NCBI GenBank assembly: GCA_044222065.1
Contig: JBGAOA010000046.1
Coordinates: 1-33,742 of the forward strand
Origin: Candidatus Eiseniibacteriota bacterium
Lineage (GTDB): Bacteria > Eisenbacteria > RBG-16-71-46
Direction: 5' to 3'
Length of the DNA: 33,742 bases
Positions 1 through 9,396 of this stretch are shown in pieces; within the stretch, counting starts at the first letter, position 1, and the number at the start of each line of letters is the position of its first letter. The notes beneath the pieces are model-generated. The model saw only the letters and a list, made by a program, of their open reading frames with translations, had not been told where the DNA came from and did not search any database. Both the position numbers and the translations under genes were made by a program.

Positions 1-2
1 GC

Positions 3-1019
3 CCGGCCGCGCCGCCCGCCGCGCCGCCCGCGGCCGACCTCGCGACGCGGCTCGGCGCGCTGACGCTCGCGAACCCGATCCTCGTCGCCTCGGGGACGTT
101 CGGCTACGGCGACGAGTACGCGCACGTCTGCCCGCCGTCCGAACTCGGCGCGGTGATCACGAAGACGGTCACGGTCGAGCCGCGCGCGGGCAATCCGCCG
201 GCGCGCATCGCCGAGACCGCGGGCGGCATGCTGAATTCGATCGGGCTCGAGAACGTCGGGCTCGAGCGCTTCCGCGCGGAGAAGCTCCCGAAGCTCGCGG
301 CCCTCGGCGCGACGATCGTGGCGAGCTTCGGCGGCGAGACGCCCGAGGAACTCGTGACGCTGCTGCGCGCGCTCGGGCACGAGCCCGCGATCGCCGGCTT
401 CGAGATCAACTTCTCGTGCCCGAACGTCGCGAAGGGCGGCGCGCGTTACTGGGCCGATCCGGCGCGCCTCGAGGACACGGTCGCCGCGCTGCGCCCGCTC
501 ACGCGCGGCCTGCTCGTCGCGAAGCTGTCGCCCGACGTGACGTCCGTGCCGGAGCTCGCGCTCGCGTGCGAGCGCGGCGGCGCCGACGCGATCACCGCGG
601 TCAACACGTTCGTCGGCATGAGCCTCGACCTCGCGCATCGGCGATCCCGGCTCGGCCGTGCCACGGGCGGCGTGAGCGGCCCCGCGATCAAGCCGATGGC
701 GCTCGCGCGCTGCGCCGAGACCGTCGCCGCCGTCGCGATTCCCGTGATCGGCTCCGGCGGCATCGTGAGCGCGCGGGACGCGCTCGAGTTCCTGGCCGTC
801 GGTGCGGCGGCCGTGCAGATCGGCACCGCCTCGTTCGTGCGGCCGCGCGCCGCGCTCGAGATCCGCGACGGCATCGCCGCGTGGCTCGCGGCCGAGGGCC
901 TTGCGAGGCTCGACGACTTCCGCGGCTCGATGGCGCTCGCCTCCGGCGGCTGCGGCACGAGCGCGCAGGGCGCCGCGAGGCCGCGCGCCGAATCCGAACC
1001 CGAGAAGGAGCCCGTGTGA
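3..1019 (+). CDS. pyrD: Dihydroorotate dehydrogenase family 1B catalytic subunit (5' end outside window)
   Basis: The frame is open from base 3 (…DLATRLGALTLANPILVASGTFGYG…), upstream of the ORF-track start at 153. Motifs: ITKT, GN.P.RI.ET..GMLNSIGLEN.G, catalytic EINFSCPN, KLSP, GGVSGPAIKP, IG.GGI, A.AVQIGTA. Confidence 0.95.
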   Translation, partial: PAAPPAAPPAADLATRLGALTLANPILVASGTFGYGDEYAHVCPPSELGAVITKTVTVEPRAGNPPARIAETAGGMLNSIGLENVGLERFRAEKLPKLAALGATIVASFGGETPEELVTLLRALGHEPAIAGFEINFSCPNVAKGGARYWADPARLEDTVAALRPLTRGLLVAKLSPDVTSVPELALACERGGADAITAVNTFVGMSLDLAHRRSRLGRATGGVSGPAIKPMALARCAETVAAVAIPVIGSGGIVSARDALEFLAVGAAAVQIGTASFVRPRAALEIRDGIAAWLAAEGLARLDDFRGSMALASGGCGTSAQGAARPRAESEPEKEPV

Positions 1020-1729
1020 CCGAGATCGCGATCGCGTTCGACGTCGAGACGATCGAACAGGCCGTGGCGCTCGACGAGCGCCTCGGCGAAGGCCCCGAGT
1101 ACGCGAAGGTCGGGCTGCAGCTCTTCACGGGCGCGGGCCCGGACGCCGTGCGCGCGCTCCAGCGCCGCGGGCGCCGCGTGTTCCTCGACCTGAAGCTGCA
1201 CGACATCCCGAACACGGTCGAGGGCGCCGCGACCGAGGCCGCGCGGCTCGGCGCGGCGCTGCTCACCGTGCACGCGACGGGCGGCGCGGACATGATCCAC
1301 GCCGCGGTGCGCGGCATCGAGGCCGCGCGCGGAACGACGCGCGTCGTCGCGGTGACGCTGCTCACGAGCCTCGATCCGAACGACCTGCCGCCCGGCTTCT
1401 CGCGCCCGTTCGCGCTGCACGACACGATCGCGGCGCTGCTCGAGACGACCGAGCGCGCGGGCGGCGCCGGCATCGTGTGCTCGGCGGCCGATCTCGAGGG
1501 CGTGCGCGCGCGCCACCCGCGGCCGTTCTTCGCCGTCACGCCCGGGATCCGTCCCGCGGGGGGACCTGCGCAGGATCAGAAGCGCGTCGCCACGATCGCG
1601 GACGCGGTCCGGCTCGGCTCGGGGCTCGTCGTGCTCGGCCGCGCGGTGACCGCCGCGACGGACCCGCACGCCGCGCTCGCCGCGGCCCGCGCCGAACGCG
1701 ACGCGGCCTCCGCGAGCGCCGTGCGCTGA
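1016..1729 (+). CDS. pyrF: Orotidine-5'-phosphate decarboxylase
   Basis: The GTG at 1016 overlaps the pyrD stop (GTGA), with AAGGAG upstream. Motifs: IAFD, AKVG, FLDLKLHDIPNTV, TVHA.GG..M, VT.LTS, TPGIR, DQKRVAT, GR.VT. Confidence 0.96.
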   Translation: MTEIAIAFDVETIEQAVALDERLGEGPEYAKVGLQLFTGAGPDAVRALQRRGRRVFLDLKLHDIPNTVEGAATEAARLGAALLTVHATGGADMIHAAVRGIEAARGTTRVVAVTLLTSLDPNDLPPGFSRPFALHDTIAALLETTERAGGAGIVCSAADLEGVRARHPRPFFAVTPGIRPAGGPAQDQKRVATIADAVRLGSGLVVLGRAVTAATDPHAALAAARAERDAASASAVR

Positions 1730-1794
1730 GCGCCGGCCGCGCCGCCGGGCGCTGCTCGAGGCGTCTAACCTCGCGCGTCCCAACGCGCTTTCGC

Positions 1795-1823
1795 TTGACA
1801 GTGCGCGGCCCGGCCTGTAGCCG
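1795..1823 (+). promoter_or_regulatory. Possible sigma70-type promoter for the ECF sigma operon
   Basis: Perfect TTGACA at 1795-1800, a 17-nt spacer, then only a weak -10 (TAGCCG, 1818-1823). The ATG is at 1833. Confidence 0.4.
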
Positions 1824-1832
1824 TCCCGTGGA

Positions 1833-2429
1833 ATGAACGCCGCACGCGAGCGTAGTCCGTACGTGGAGCCGGGCGAGGAAGCCGCACTCGTCCAGGCCGC
1901 CCAGACCGGAGATCAGGCCGCCTTCGCGGAAATCGTGCGTTGCTACCAGCGCCCGATCCACCGCGTGGCCTACGGCCTGACGCGCAACGCCTCCGATGCC
2001 GACGATCTCGCGCAGGAGACGTTCGTGCGGGCGTGGCAGGCGATCGGCCGGTTCCGGGTCGGCGAGCCCCTCTATCCGTGGCTGTCGAGGATCGCAGTGA
2101 ACCTGGCCTTCTCGCTCCACCGGCGGCGCAAGCGCCGTCCGGAGGAGTCCATCGAACCCCACACCGACGCCGGGAGGCAGTGGGGCGTCGAAGACGACCC
2201 GGCCGATCACGCGGAGACGAACGAACGCGACCGGCAGATCGAGTCGGCGTTCGGCGAGCTCAAGCCCGAGCACCAGGCGGTGCTCGCGCTGCGCGCGGTC
2301 GAGGACCTGTCGTACGACGAGATCTCGCGCGTGCTGAACGTGCCGATCGGCACCGTGATGTCGCGGCTGTCGCGCGCGCGCGCCGAGCTGAAGGAGCGCC
2401 TCAAGGGGCGCACGGGAGAGAGCGGATGA
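1833..2429 (+). CDS. ECF (group IV) sigma-70 factor, RpoE/SigW-like
   Basis: Region 2: GDQAAFAEIV…DADDLAQETFVRAW…PWLSRIAVN. Region 4: LSYDEISRVLNVPIGTVMSRLSRAR. 198 aa. Confidence 0.93.
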   Translation: MNAARERSPYVEPGEEAALVQAAQTGDQAAFAEIVRCYQRPIHRVAYGLTRNASDADDLAQETFVRAWQAIGRFRVGEPLYPWLSRIAVNLAFSLHRRRKRRPEESIEPHTDAGRQWGVEDDPADHAETNERDRQIESAFGELKPEHQAVLALRAVEDLSYDEISRVLNVPIGTVMSRLSRARAELKERLKGRTGESG

Positions 2430-4047
2430 GCCACCTGACCGCGGACCAGCTGAGCGCGCTGCTCGACGGCGAGCTGAAGGGCCCGGCGCGCGAGCGCGCC
2501 GAGGACCACCTCGCCGCGTGCGAGGCGTGCCGCGATGCGCTCGGTAACCTCGCCGCGAACGACGCGTCGCTCGGCCGCGCGCTCACGCACGACCCGGGCG
2601 AGGAGTACTTCGCGGGCTTCGCCGACCGCGTCTCGGGGCGCATCAAGGACCTCGGGCGGCCGAAGCCGGTCGTGCGCACCGATCCGCTGACGCGCTTCCT
2701 GTCGAGGCCGCGCAATCTCGTCGTGTGGGGCTCGGCCGCGGCGCTGGTGGTCGCGGCCGGCGTCGTGTTCCTCGCCGCGCGCGACGCCTCGCACGACGTG
2801 ATGCGCAATCCCGCGCTCGAACGCGCGACGTCGCAGACCGCGCCGCCTCCGGCCGCGAGCACGCCGCCCGCCCCGGCCGCGGTCCCGGCGCCCTCCGAAG
2901 CCGACACGCGGGCCGAACGCGCGCCCGCGCCGCTCTCGGAGGCGGCGCCCGCGCCCGAGTCGAAGGTCACGGCCCCGGCGACGCCCGAGCGCGCCGCTTC
3001 GCCCGCGCGCGCGATGCGCGTGCAGAAGAACGAAGCCGGCGAGGACGTCGCCGTGGAGCCCCGGCAGAAGGCGCTCGCGCGCCCGCCCGCTCCGGTGGCG
3101 CAGGCGCCCGCGGCCGAGAACCCGATCGTCGCGCTCAAGCGCAAGCTCGCCGCGCAGCCGCTCGCAGGCGAGCGCGGGGCCGCGGCGCCGGGCGCCTCGA
3201 CGCCTGCGACCCAGGGCTTCGCCGTGCCGCCGAAGCCGGCAGACGAATCGGCGGGGAAGACGCTCGCGGACTTCGAAGGAGCTGCCGAAGCCGGTGGAAG
3301 CCGTGCGCCGCGACGAGGCGGCGAACGCGATCGAGACGCCGCCCGCGCCGGCCGCGGGGCTCGGCGCGAGCGAAGAGCGCGAGGCTGCCGTCACGACGCG
3401 CGCGCGTGCGGGCGTGCGCGACACCCGGGGCGCCGGTGCGAGGTGCGACGATCGTGATGCTCGGCCACGGCACGACGGCCGTGACCGACGCGGACGGGCG
3501 CTACTGCATCGACGGCACGGTCGGCGCCGACTCCGTGCTCGTGAGCGTCGTCGGCTTCAAGCCGCGGCGCGCGCGCGTGCAGGTCACGACCGCGGGCGCC
3601 CTGCCGGCGCTCACGGTCGAGCCCGTCGGCGCGCTCGCGAGCGGTCCGCTCGCGGTGCGCGGCGGCAGGGCCGGCGAACAGTCGTTCGACGTGAAGGGCC
3701 TCGCCTCGCGCGAACTCGCCGCGTTCACGGGCTCGGCGCGCACGCTCGCGGGCGTGGCCGAGGCGAAGCTCGAAGCGGCGCGGCTCGAGAGCAGCGCCCA
3801 GCGCTACGACGCGGCCGCGGTCGAGTGGGCGCGGCTCGTCGGCTCGGGGCTCGGGCCCGAGGCCGACCTGATCGCGCGCGAGCGGCTCGCGGAGTCGCGC
3901 TACTCCGCGTGGCAGCTCCAGCCGACGCCGAAGCGCGCCGAGCACGCGATCGAGGCGCTGACGGGCTACCTGACGCGCGCGCCGCAGGGCGCCTCGCGCC
4001 AGCTCGCCGTGCAGCGGCTCGACCGCGTGCGGCTCGGCAAGCAGTAG
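2426..4047 (+). pseudogene. ZAS (zf-HC2) anti-sigma factor with TM helix, Pro/Ala linker, carboxypeptidase-regulatory-like domain and helical C-terminus; two apparent +1 frameshifts (~3269 and ~3430), either a pseudogene or a sequencing error
   Basis: ATGA overlap with the sigma gene. MSHLTADQLSALLDGEL…HLAACEAC gives Hx3Cx2C. Hydrophobic segment LVVWGSAAALVVAAGVVFLA. Sensible coding continues across three frames: …GKTLA | TSKELPKPVEAVRRDEAANAIE…GVRDTRG | APVRGATIVMLGHGTTAVTDADGRY…VSVVGF, ending at TAG 4047. Confidence 0.75.
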
Positions 4048-4240
4048 GCCGGGCGCGAGCGCTCGCCCGCTCGCGGCGTCGCGCTCGTCGCCGGGGCGTT
4101 CGGCTCCGCCACAATTCGCTTGCCGGTCCGGGGCCGCCTCCGTCACCTTCGCGGCGCTTCTCATCGCTCTCCCGTCCGGCGCCGCCGCACGCGCGCCGGA
4201 CCCGCGTCCCGCCGCAGCGCGAACGCTCCGAGGACCGAAC

Positions 4241-6178
4241 GTGGCCACCGAAACGGCTCCTGCCGACAAGAAGCTCACGCCCGAACAGATCGAGCGTCAC
4301 TGGTACGAGAACGTCTACGCTGGCGACCGCATGCCGCAGCTCACCGTGCGCGCCGTCGTGATGGGCATGCTGCTCGGCGGCGTGATGTCCACGTCGAACA
4401 TCTACGTGGGGCTCAAGGCCGGCTGGGGGCTCGGCGTCGCGATCACGAGCACGATCCTCGCGTTCGCCGCGTTCCAGACGCTGCACCGGCTGATGCCGAA
4501 GCTGTTCCCCGAGTTCAGCATCCTCGAGAACAACGCCATGGCGTCGTGCGCGTCCGCCGCCGGCTACATGACCGGCGCCGGCATGGTGAACGCGATCCCG
4601 GCGCTCATGATGCTCAAGCCCGAGGCGGTGCCGCCCGCGTGGGTCGTGACGCTGTGGGTGATCCTCATCTCGATGCTCGGCGTGTTCCTCGCCGTACCGG
4701 CGAAGCGTCAGATGATCAACATCGAGCAGTTGCGCTATCCGAGCGGCATCGCCGCGGCCGAAACGCTCCGCAGCCTGCACTCGAAGGGCGGCGAGGCGAT
4801 GGTGAAGGCGCGCGCGCTCGGGCTCTCGGCGCTGCTCGGCGCGATGCTCACGTGGTTCCGCGACGCGAACGCCACGTGGATGAAGTTCACCGACTGGAGC
4901 GCGCAGGGGCTCGGCTGGGTGAAGCTCCAGGCGCCCGCGCCCGCGTGGCTCCAGTGGATCCAGTACCCGCGCATCCCCGCGCGCTGGCTGCCGGGCGACC
5001 CCGCGATCGGCGCGTACAAGCTGCGCACCGACCTCACGCTCGCGTTCGAGGGTTCGCTGCTGTTCGTCGCGGCCGGCGCGATCATGGGCTTCCGCCAGGC
5101 GTGGAGCCTGATGCTCGGCACGGTGCTCAACTACGGCGTGCTCGCGCCGATGTTCCTCGCGAGCGGCGACATCGCGGGGCCCGGCTTCCGCAAGATCTCG
5201 TCGTGGAGCCTGTGGATCGGCGTCCCGATGATGGTGACCTCGGGCCTGCTGCTGTTCTTCATGCAGTGGAAGTCGGTCGTGCGCGCGTTCAGCACGATCA
5301 CGGCGATGTTCCAGCCGAAGGAGAAGCGCACCGACGACCCGATGGACCGCATCGAGGTCCCGGGCTCGTGGTTCGTCGGCGGGTTCGCGGTGCTCGGCAC
5401 GGCGATCGTGATCGCGGGCGAGCTGTTCTTCCACATCCACTGGTGGATGGGAATCATCGCGCTGCTGCTGACGTTCCTGCTCGTCGTCGTGGCCGCGCGC
5501 TCCACGGGCGAGACGGACATCACGCCGACGGGCCCGCTGAGCAAGATCACGCAGCTCAGCTTCGGCGCGATCGCGCCCGGCAACATCTCGACGAACCTTC
5601 TCACCGCGAACATCACCGCGGGCTCGTGCAGCCACGCGGGCGACCTGCTCACGGACCTGAAGAGCGGCTACCTGCTCGGCGCGAAGCCTCGCCAGCAGTT
5701 CATCGCGCAGTTCTTCGGCGTCGTCGTCGGCGGACTGGTCGTCGTGCCGGTGTTCTTCGTGCTCGTGCCGAACGCCTCGGTGCTCGGCACCGAGCAGTGG
5801 CCCGCGCCCGCCGCGCAGGTGTGGCGCGGCGTGGCCGAGCTGCTCGCGAACGGCGTCGGTGCCCTGAAGCCGAGCGCGCGGCTCGGGCTGCTCGTCGGCG
5901 CCGTCGTCGGCCTGATCCTGCCCGTGCTCGAACTCACGTTCCCGAAGCACAAGAAGTTCATCCCGTCCGCGACGGGGCTCGGCCTGGCGTTCACGATCAA
6001 CGGCTTCAACTCGGTCTCGATGTTCATCGGCGCGCTGATCGCGCTCGGGCTTTCCAAGTCGGCGCCGAAGGCGGCCGACCGCTACATCGTGCCGGTGTCG
6101 TCGGGGATCATCGCGGGCGAGAGCCTGATGGGGGTCGCGATCGCGCTGCTCGCGGTCGCGGGAATCCTGTCGCCTTAG
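4241..6178 (+). CDS. OPT family oligopeptide transporter (YSL-like bacterial clade)
   Basis: Many TM segments. Motifs: QLTVRAVV.G, NIYVGLKAGW, ILENN, LRYPSGIAAAE, DLLTDLKSGYLLGA.PR.Q, PAPAA.VW, SGIIAGES. GAGGA RBS before the GTG. Confidence 0.93.
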   Translation: MATETAPADKKLTPEQIERHWYENVYAGDRMPQLTVRAVVMGMLLGGVMSTSNIYVGLKAGWGLGVAITSTILAFAAFQTLHRLMPKLFPEFSILENNAMASCASAAGYMTGAGMVNAIPALMMLKPEAVPPAWVVTLWVILISMLGVFLAVPAKRQMINIEQLRYPSGIAAAETLRSLHSKGGEAMVKARALGLSALLGAMLTWFRDANATWMKFTDWSAQGLGWVKLQAPAPAWLQWIQYPRIPARWLPGDPAIGAYKLRTDLTLAFEGSLLFVAAGAIMGFRQAWSLMLGTVLNYGVLAPMFLASGDIAGPGFRKISSWSLWIGVPMMVTSGLLLFFMQWKSVVRAFSTITAMFQPKEKRTDDPMDRIEVPGSWFVGGFAVLGTAIVIAGELFFHIHWWMGIIALLLTFLLVVVAARSTGETDITPTGPLSKITQLSFGAIAPGNISTNLLTANITAGSCSHAGDLLTDLKSGYLLGAKPRQQFIAQFFGVVVGGLVVVPVFFVLVPNASVLGTEQWPAPAAQVWRGVAELLANGVGALKPSARLGLLVGAVVGLILPVLELTFPKHKKFIPSATGLGLAFTINGFNSVSMFIGALIALGLSKSAPKAADRYIVPVSSGIIAGESLMGVAIALLAVAGILSP

Positions 6179-6270
6179 GGCGCCGGGCCGACGGCGCAGC
6201 TTGACCCGACGCGCGGCGCGGGCTTCACTGCCGGCGCCGCGCTCCCGTCTTCGAGTCACGGAGGACTCCG

Positions 6271-7425
6271 ATGATCGCCCTCGCGTCGCTGTTCGCCCTC
6301 ACGCTCGCCGCGCCGCCGGTCGCGCCGCCCCCGTCCCTCGCGCTCGACCGCGTTCCCGACGAGCAGCGCGAGCGCTACACCCGGCTCGCCTCCGAGCTGT
6401 GGGCGGTGTTCGACAGCACGCGCGGCGGCTTCGTGACGAAGGGCGGCGTGCCGTCCGAGAGCGCGATCGAACTCGCGTTCCGGCTCGGCGCCGAGCCCGG
6501 CGGCGGCCCGTGGCGCGCTCGCGCGCTCGCGACCACGCGCTGGACGATGGCGCTGCTCGACACGGTCGGCGGCGGCTTCGTGCACGGCGCGAAGGACGCC
6601 GATCCGAGCCACCCGGCGTTCTCGAAGTGGACGACGGACAACGCGCGCCGGATCGAACTCGCGCTCGAGGCCTCGCGCATCACGGGAGACCCCGCGTTCC
6701 GGAAGATCGCCGAGCGCGCGGTGCGCTACGCCGACCGCGTGCTGCTCGACGGGCGCGGCGGCTTCGTGCACGGGCAGGTCGGCGACCGCCAGCTCGTGCC
6801 CGAGTCGAACGGCCCGATGATCCTGACGTGGCTGCGCTTCGGCGCCGAGACCGGCGACGTGCGCTACCGCGACTTCGCGTGGAAGAGCCTCGACCGCCTG
6901 TGGAGCGAGTGCCGGCGCGAGGGCGCGGGCATGATCCGGCGCGGCGTGTTCGGCGAGCTGACGACGTACCCGAAGCTCGCCGACCAGACCGAGATGGTCC
7001 GCGCGTACGCGCTCGCGGCGCACGTCGCGGGCCGCGCGCAGGACCTGGAGCGCGCGCGCACGCTCGCCGACCAGCTGATCTCCTGGATCCAGCCCGGCTG
7101 CGGCCTGCGCTCCGAGGCGCGCCCGAACAAGCAGGGACGCCTGCGTGCGGGACCCTGCCGCTACGAGGAGAACTCGCGCGCGGCGCTCGCGCTCGCCGAA
7201 CTCGCCGCGATCGCGGGCGAGTCGCGCTACCGCGACGCCGCGAAGCGGCTCGTCGAGGACTTCGACGAGGCGCTGCGCCGCGACCACGGGCTCGACGGCG
7301 CGGACTGGGCGCTCGCGCTGCGCGCGATCCGCTCGCCCGAGCTGCCCGAGCGCGCGACGTGGCGCGCGGCTCCCGCCGAGTCCCCGCGCGAGACGCGCTT
7401 CCCGGCGAAGAAGGGGAAGAAGTGA
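6271..7425 (+). CDS. Secreted (alpha/alpha)6-barrel protein resembling the C-terminal part of YyaL/SSP411
   Basis: GGAGGA RBS and an N-terminal signal-peptide-like segment (MIALASLFALTLAA). D.VGGGF…HPAFSKWTTDNA resembles the YyaL D.VGGGF…PHFEKMLYDNA motif. Repeated helical hairpin units (ITGDPAFRKIAE, ETGDVRYRDFA, IAGESRYRDAA). Confidence 0.6.
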   Translation: MIALASLFALTLAAPPVAPPPSLALDRVPDEQRERYTRLASELWAVFDSTRGGFVTKGGVPSESAIELAFRLGAEPGGGPWRARALATTRWTMALLDTVGGGFVHGAKDADPSHPAFSKWTTDNARRIELALEASRITGDPAFRKIAERAVRYADRVLLDGRGGFVHGQVGDRQLVPESNGPMILTWLRFGAETGDVRYRDFAWKSLDRLWSECRREGAGMIRRGVFGELTTYPKLADQTEMVRAYALAAHVAGRAQDLERARTLADQLISWIQPGCGLRSEARPNKQGRLRAGPCRYEENSRAALALAELAAIAGESRYRDAAKRLVEDFDEALRRDHGLDGADWALALRAIRSPELPERATWRAAPAESPRETRFPAKKGKK

Positions 7426-7470
7426 ACGGATCGCGACGCTTCACGGGCCGCCCCTCGCGGAGCTGAGGCC

Positions 7471-9396
7471 GTGTGCGGAATCGCGGGCGTCTACCGGCTC
7501 GGCGAGGCCCCGCCGTCGGCGGCCGAGCGTGACGCGGACCGCGCGCTCGTCGCGCGCATGCTCGAGGTCATCGCGTATCGCGGGCCCGACGATCGCGGGC
7601 TCGAATCGCTCGGCCGCGCGACGTTCGGCGTGCGGCGGCTCGCGATCCAGGACGTCGAGGGCGGCCACCAGCCGCTCGCCGACGCCGGCGGCCGCGTGTG
7701 GGCGATGCAGAACGGCGAGATCTACAACTACCCCGCGCTCGCCGCCGACCTGAGGTCCCGCCACGCGCTGCGCACGCGCACCGACACCGAGGTGCTGCCC
7801 GCGCTGTGGCTCGAGCGCGGCCCCGATCTCGTGCACGCGCTCGAAGGCATGTTCGCGGCCGCCGTGTTCGACACGCGCGACGAACGCCTGCTGCTCGCGC
7901 GCGATCCGCTCGGCGTGAAGCCGCTGTACGCCGCCGAGCACGCGGGCCGGCTACTGTTCGCCTCGGAGCTCAAGTGCCTGTTGTGCGACCCGGACCTTCC
8001 GCGCGACCTCGACGAGTCGGCGATCGCGCGCTACCTCGCGCTCGGGTTCATCGCCGGACGCGCGACGCCGTTCCGCAGCGTCCAGAAGGTGCGGCCGGGC
8101 GCGCGCGTGCTCGCGACGCCGCGCGGCTGGGCGAGCGAGCGCTGGTGGGCGTGGCCGCGCTTCGGCGGCCGCGCGGCGGCGGGGCTCAGGCGCGAGGGCA
8201 TCGTCGAGGAGCTCGGGCGGCGGCTCTCGGAGTCCACGCGCGCAATGCTGCTCTCGGACCGGCCGCTCGGCGTGCTGCTCTCGGGCGGTGTGGATTCCAG
8301 CGTGCTCGTCGGCTCGCTGCCCGAGGACGTGCGGCGCGAGACGCGCACGTACGCGATCGGCTTCGAGGACGGCGGCTACCACGACGAGCGGATGTGGGCG
8401 CGCAAGGTCGCCGGACACTTCGGCACGCGTCACCACGAGAGCGTCGTGCGGCTCGACGTCGCGGCGGAGCTGCCGCGCGTCATGCGCTTCTTCGACGAAC
8501 CGTGCGCCGATCCCGCCGCCGTGCCGGCGCACCTCGTCGCGCGCGCCGCGAGCGCCGACGTCACCGTGCTGCTCTCGGGCACGGGCGGCGACGAGCTGTT
8601 CGGCGGCTACAAGCGCTATCGGCTGGGCGACTGGCTCGCGCGGCTCGCGTGGCTGCCGCGCGGGGCGGCCGCGGCCGGCGAGCGCTTCCTCGGCGAGCGC
8701 AACCTGAACCGGCGCACGCTGACGGCCGAGCGCTTCGTGCTCGCGCGGAAGCTTCTCGCCGCGCGCTCGCGCGCGACGCCGTTCGGCGCGTACCTGTCGG
8801 CGTTCGAGCCCGCGAGCCCGTGGCGCTGGCGCGAGGCGCTCGAACGCCCGATTCGTCCCGAGGACGTCACGGCGCCGCTCTGGGACGAGCTGCTCGGCGA
8901 GACGGGCGAGGCGCCCGGGGACCTGGAGCGGCTCGCGTTCACGACCGACCACCTCTTCTATTTGCCCGACGACCTGCTGCTCAAGGAAGACCGCATGACG
9001 ATGGGCGCGTCGGTCGAGGGCCGCGTGCCGTTCCTCGATTCGAGCCTCGTCCGCTTCGCGGCCGAGCTGCCGGTGGAACTGCGCTTCGCGGGCGGCGAGT
9101 CGAAGCCGCTGCTGCGCGACCTCGCGCGCCGCTGGCTGCCGGCGGACGTCGCGACGCGGCGCAAGCACGGCTTCTCGACGCCGCTCGAGGACTGGCTGCG
9201 CGGTCCGCTCGACGCGCTCGTCGGCGACCTGTTCGCGTGCGAGGGGAGCGGCGTGTTCCGCCGCGACGTGCTGCGCCGCTGGCACTCCGAGCACCGCGCG
9301 ATGCGCGACCGCTCGGGCCCGCTGTGGGCGGCGTTGTGCTTCGAGCTGTGGTGGCGGGAGGTGGGGCAGCCGGCCGCGCGGCAGGCGGTCAGATGA
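7471..9396 (+). CDS. asnB: Asparagine synthase (glutamine-hydrolysing) family amidotransferase, polysaccharide-associated
   Basis: N-terminal MCGIAG (Ntn Cys), YRGPD, RLAI.D..GG.QP, NGEIYN, TDTEV, RDPLGVKPLY, LSGGVDSS, LSG.GGDELFGGY, D.M.MG.SVEGRVPFLD, K.GF..P. Confidence 0.93.
   Translation: MCGIAGVYRLGEAPPSAAERDADRALVARMLEVIAYRGPDDRGLESLGRATFGVRRLAIQDVEGGHQPLADAGGRVWAMQNGEIYNYPALAADLRSRHALRTRTDTEVLPALWLERGPDLVHALEGMFAAAVFDTRDERLLLARDPLGVKPLYAAEHAGRLLFASELKCLLCDPDLPRDLDESAIARYLALGFIAGRATPFRSVQKVRPGARVLATPRGWASERWWAWPRFGGRAAAGLRREGIVEELGRRLSESTRAMLLSDRPLGVLLSGGVDSSVLVGSLPEDVRRETRTYAIGFEDGGYHDERMWARKVAGHFGTRHHESVVRLDVAAELPRVMRFFDEPCADPAAVPAHLVARAASADVTVLLSGTGGDELFGGYKRYRLGDWLARLAWLPRGAAAAGERFLGERNLNRRTLTAERFVLARKLLAARSRATPFGAYLSAFEPASPWRWREALERPIRPEDVTAPLWDELLGETGEAPGDLERLAFTTDHLFYLPDDLLLKEDRMTMGASVEGRVPFLDSSLVRFAAELPVELRFAGGESKPLLRDLARRWLPADVATRRKHGFSTPLEDWLRGPLDALVGDLFACEGSGVFRRDVLRRWHSEHRAMRDRSGPLWAALCFELWWREVGQPAARQAVR

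Noticed and set aside
1729..1760. Intrinsic terminator after pyrF
   Set aside because: A weak GC hairpin is possible but there is no U-tract, so it cannot be distinguished from background at this GC content.
2830..3250. Pro/Ala-rich low-complexity stretch as a tandem repeat
   Set aside because: It has no fixed repeat unit and is consistent with a disordered protein linker.
3255..3440. Programmed ribosomal frameshifting in the anti-sigma gene
   Set aside because: There is no slippery heptamer or recognised +1 site, and two successive shifts would be needed. An indel or sequencing error is more parsimonious.
4048..4240. Riboswitch or leader RNA upstream of the OPT transporter
   Set aside because: Only short GC-rich hairpins and a possible CACAAT -10 are visible, and I recognise no aptamer consensus. 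An Rfam scan would be needed to exclude it fully.
3725..6259. Long antisense and alternate-frame ORFs (844 aa here, and many similar ones across the window)
   Set aside because: They are Arg/Ala/Gly-rich shadow frames expected from stop-codon scarcity at high GC, and each overlaps a well-supported gene.
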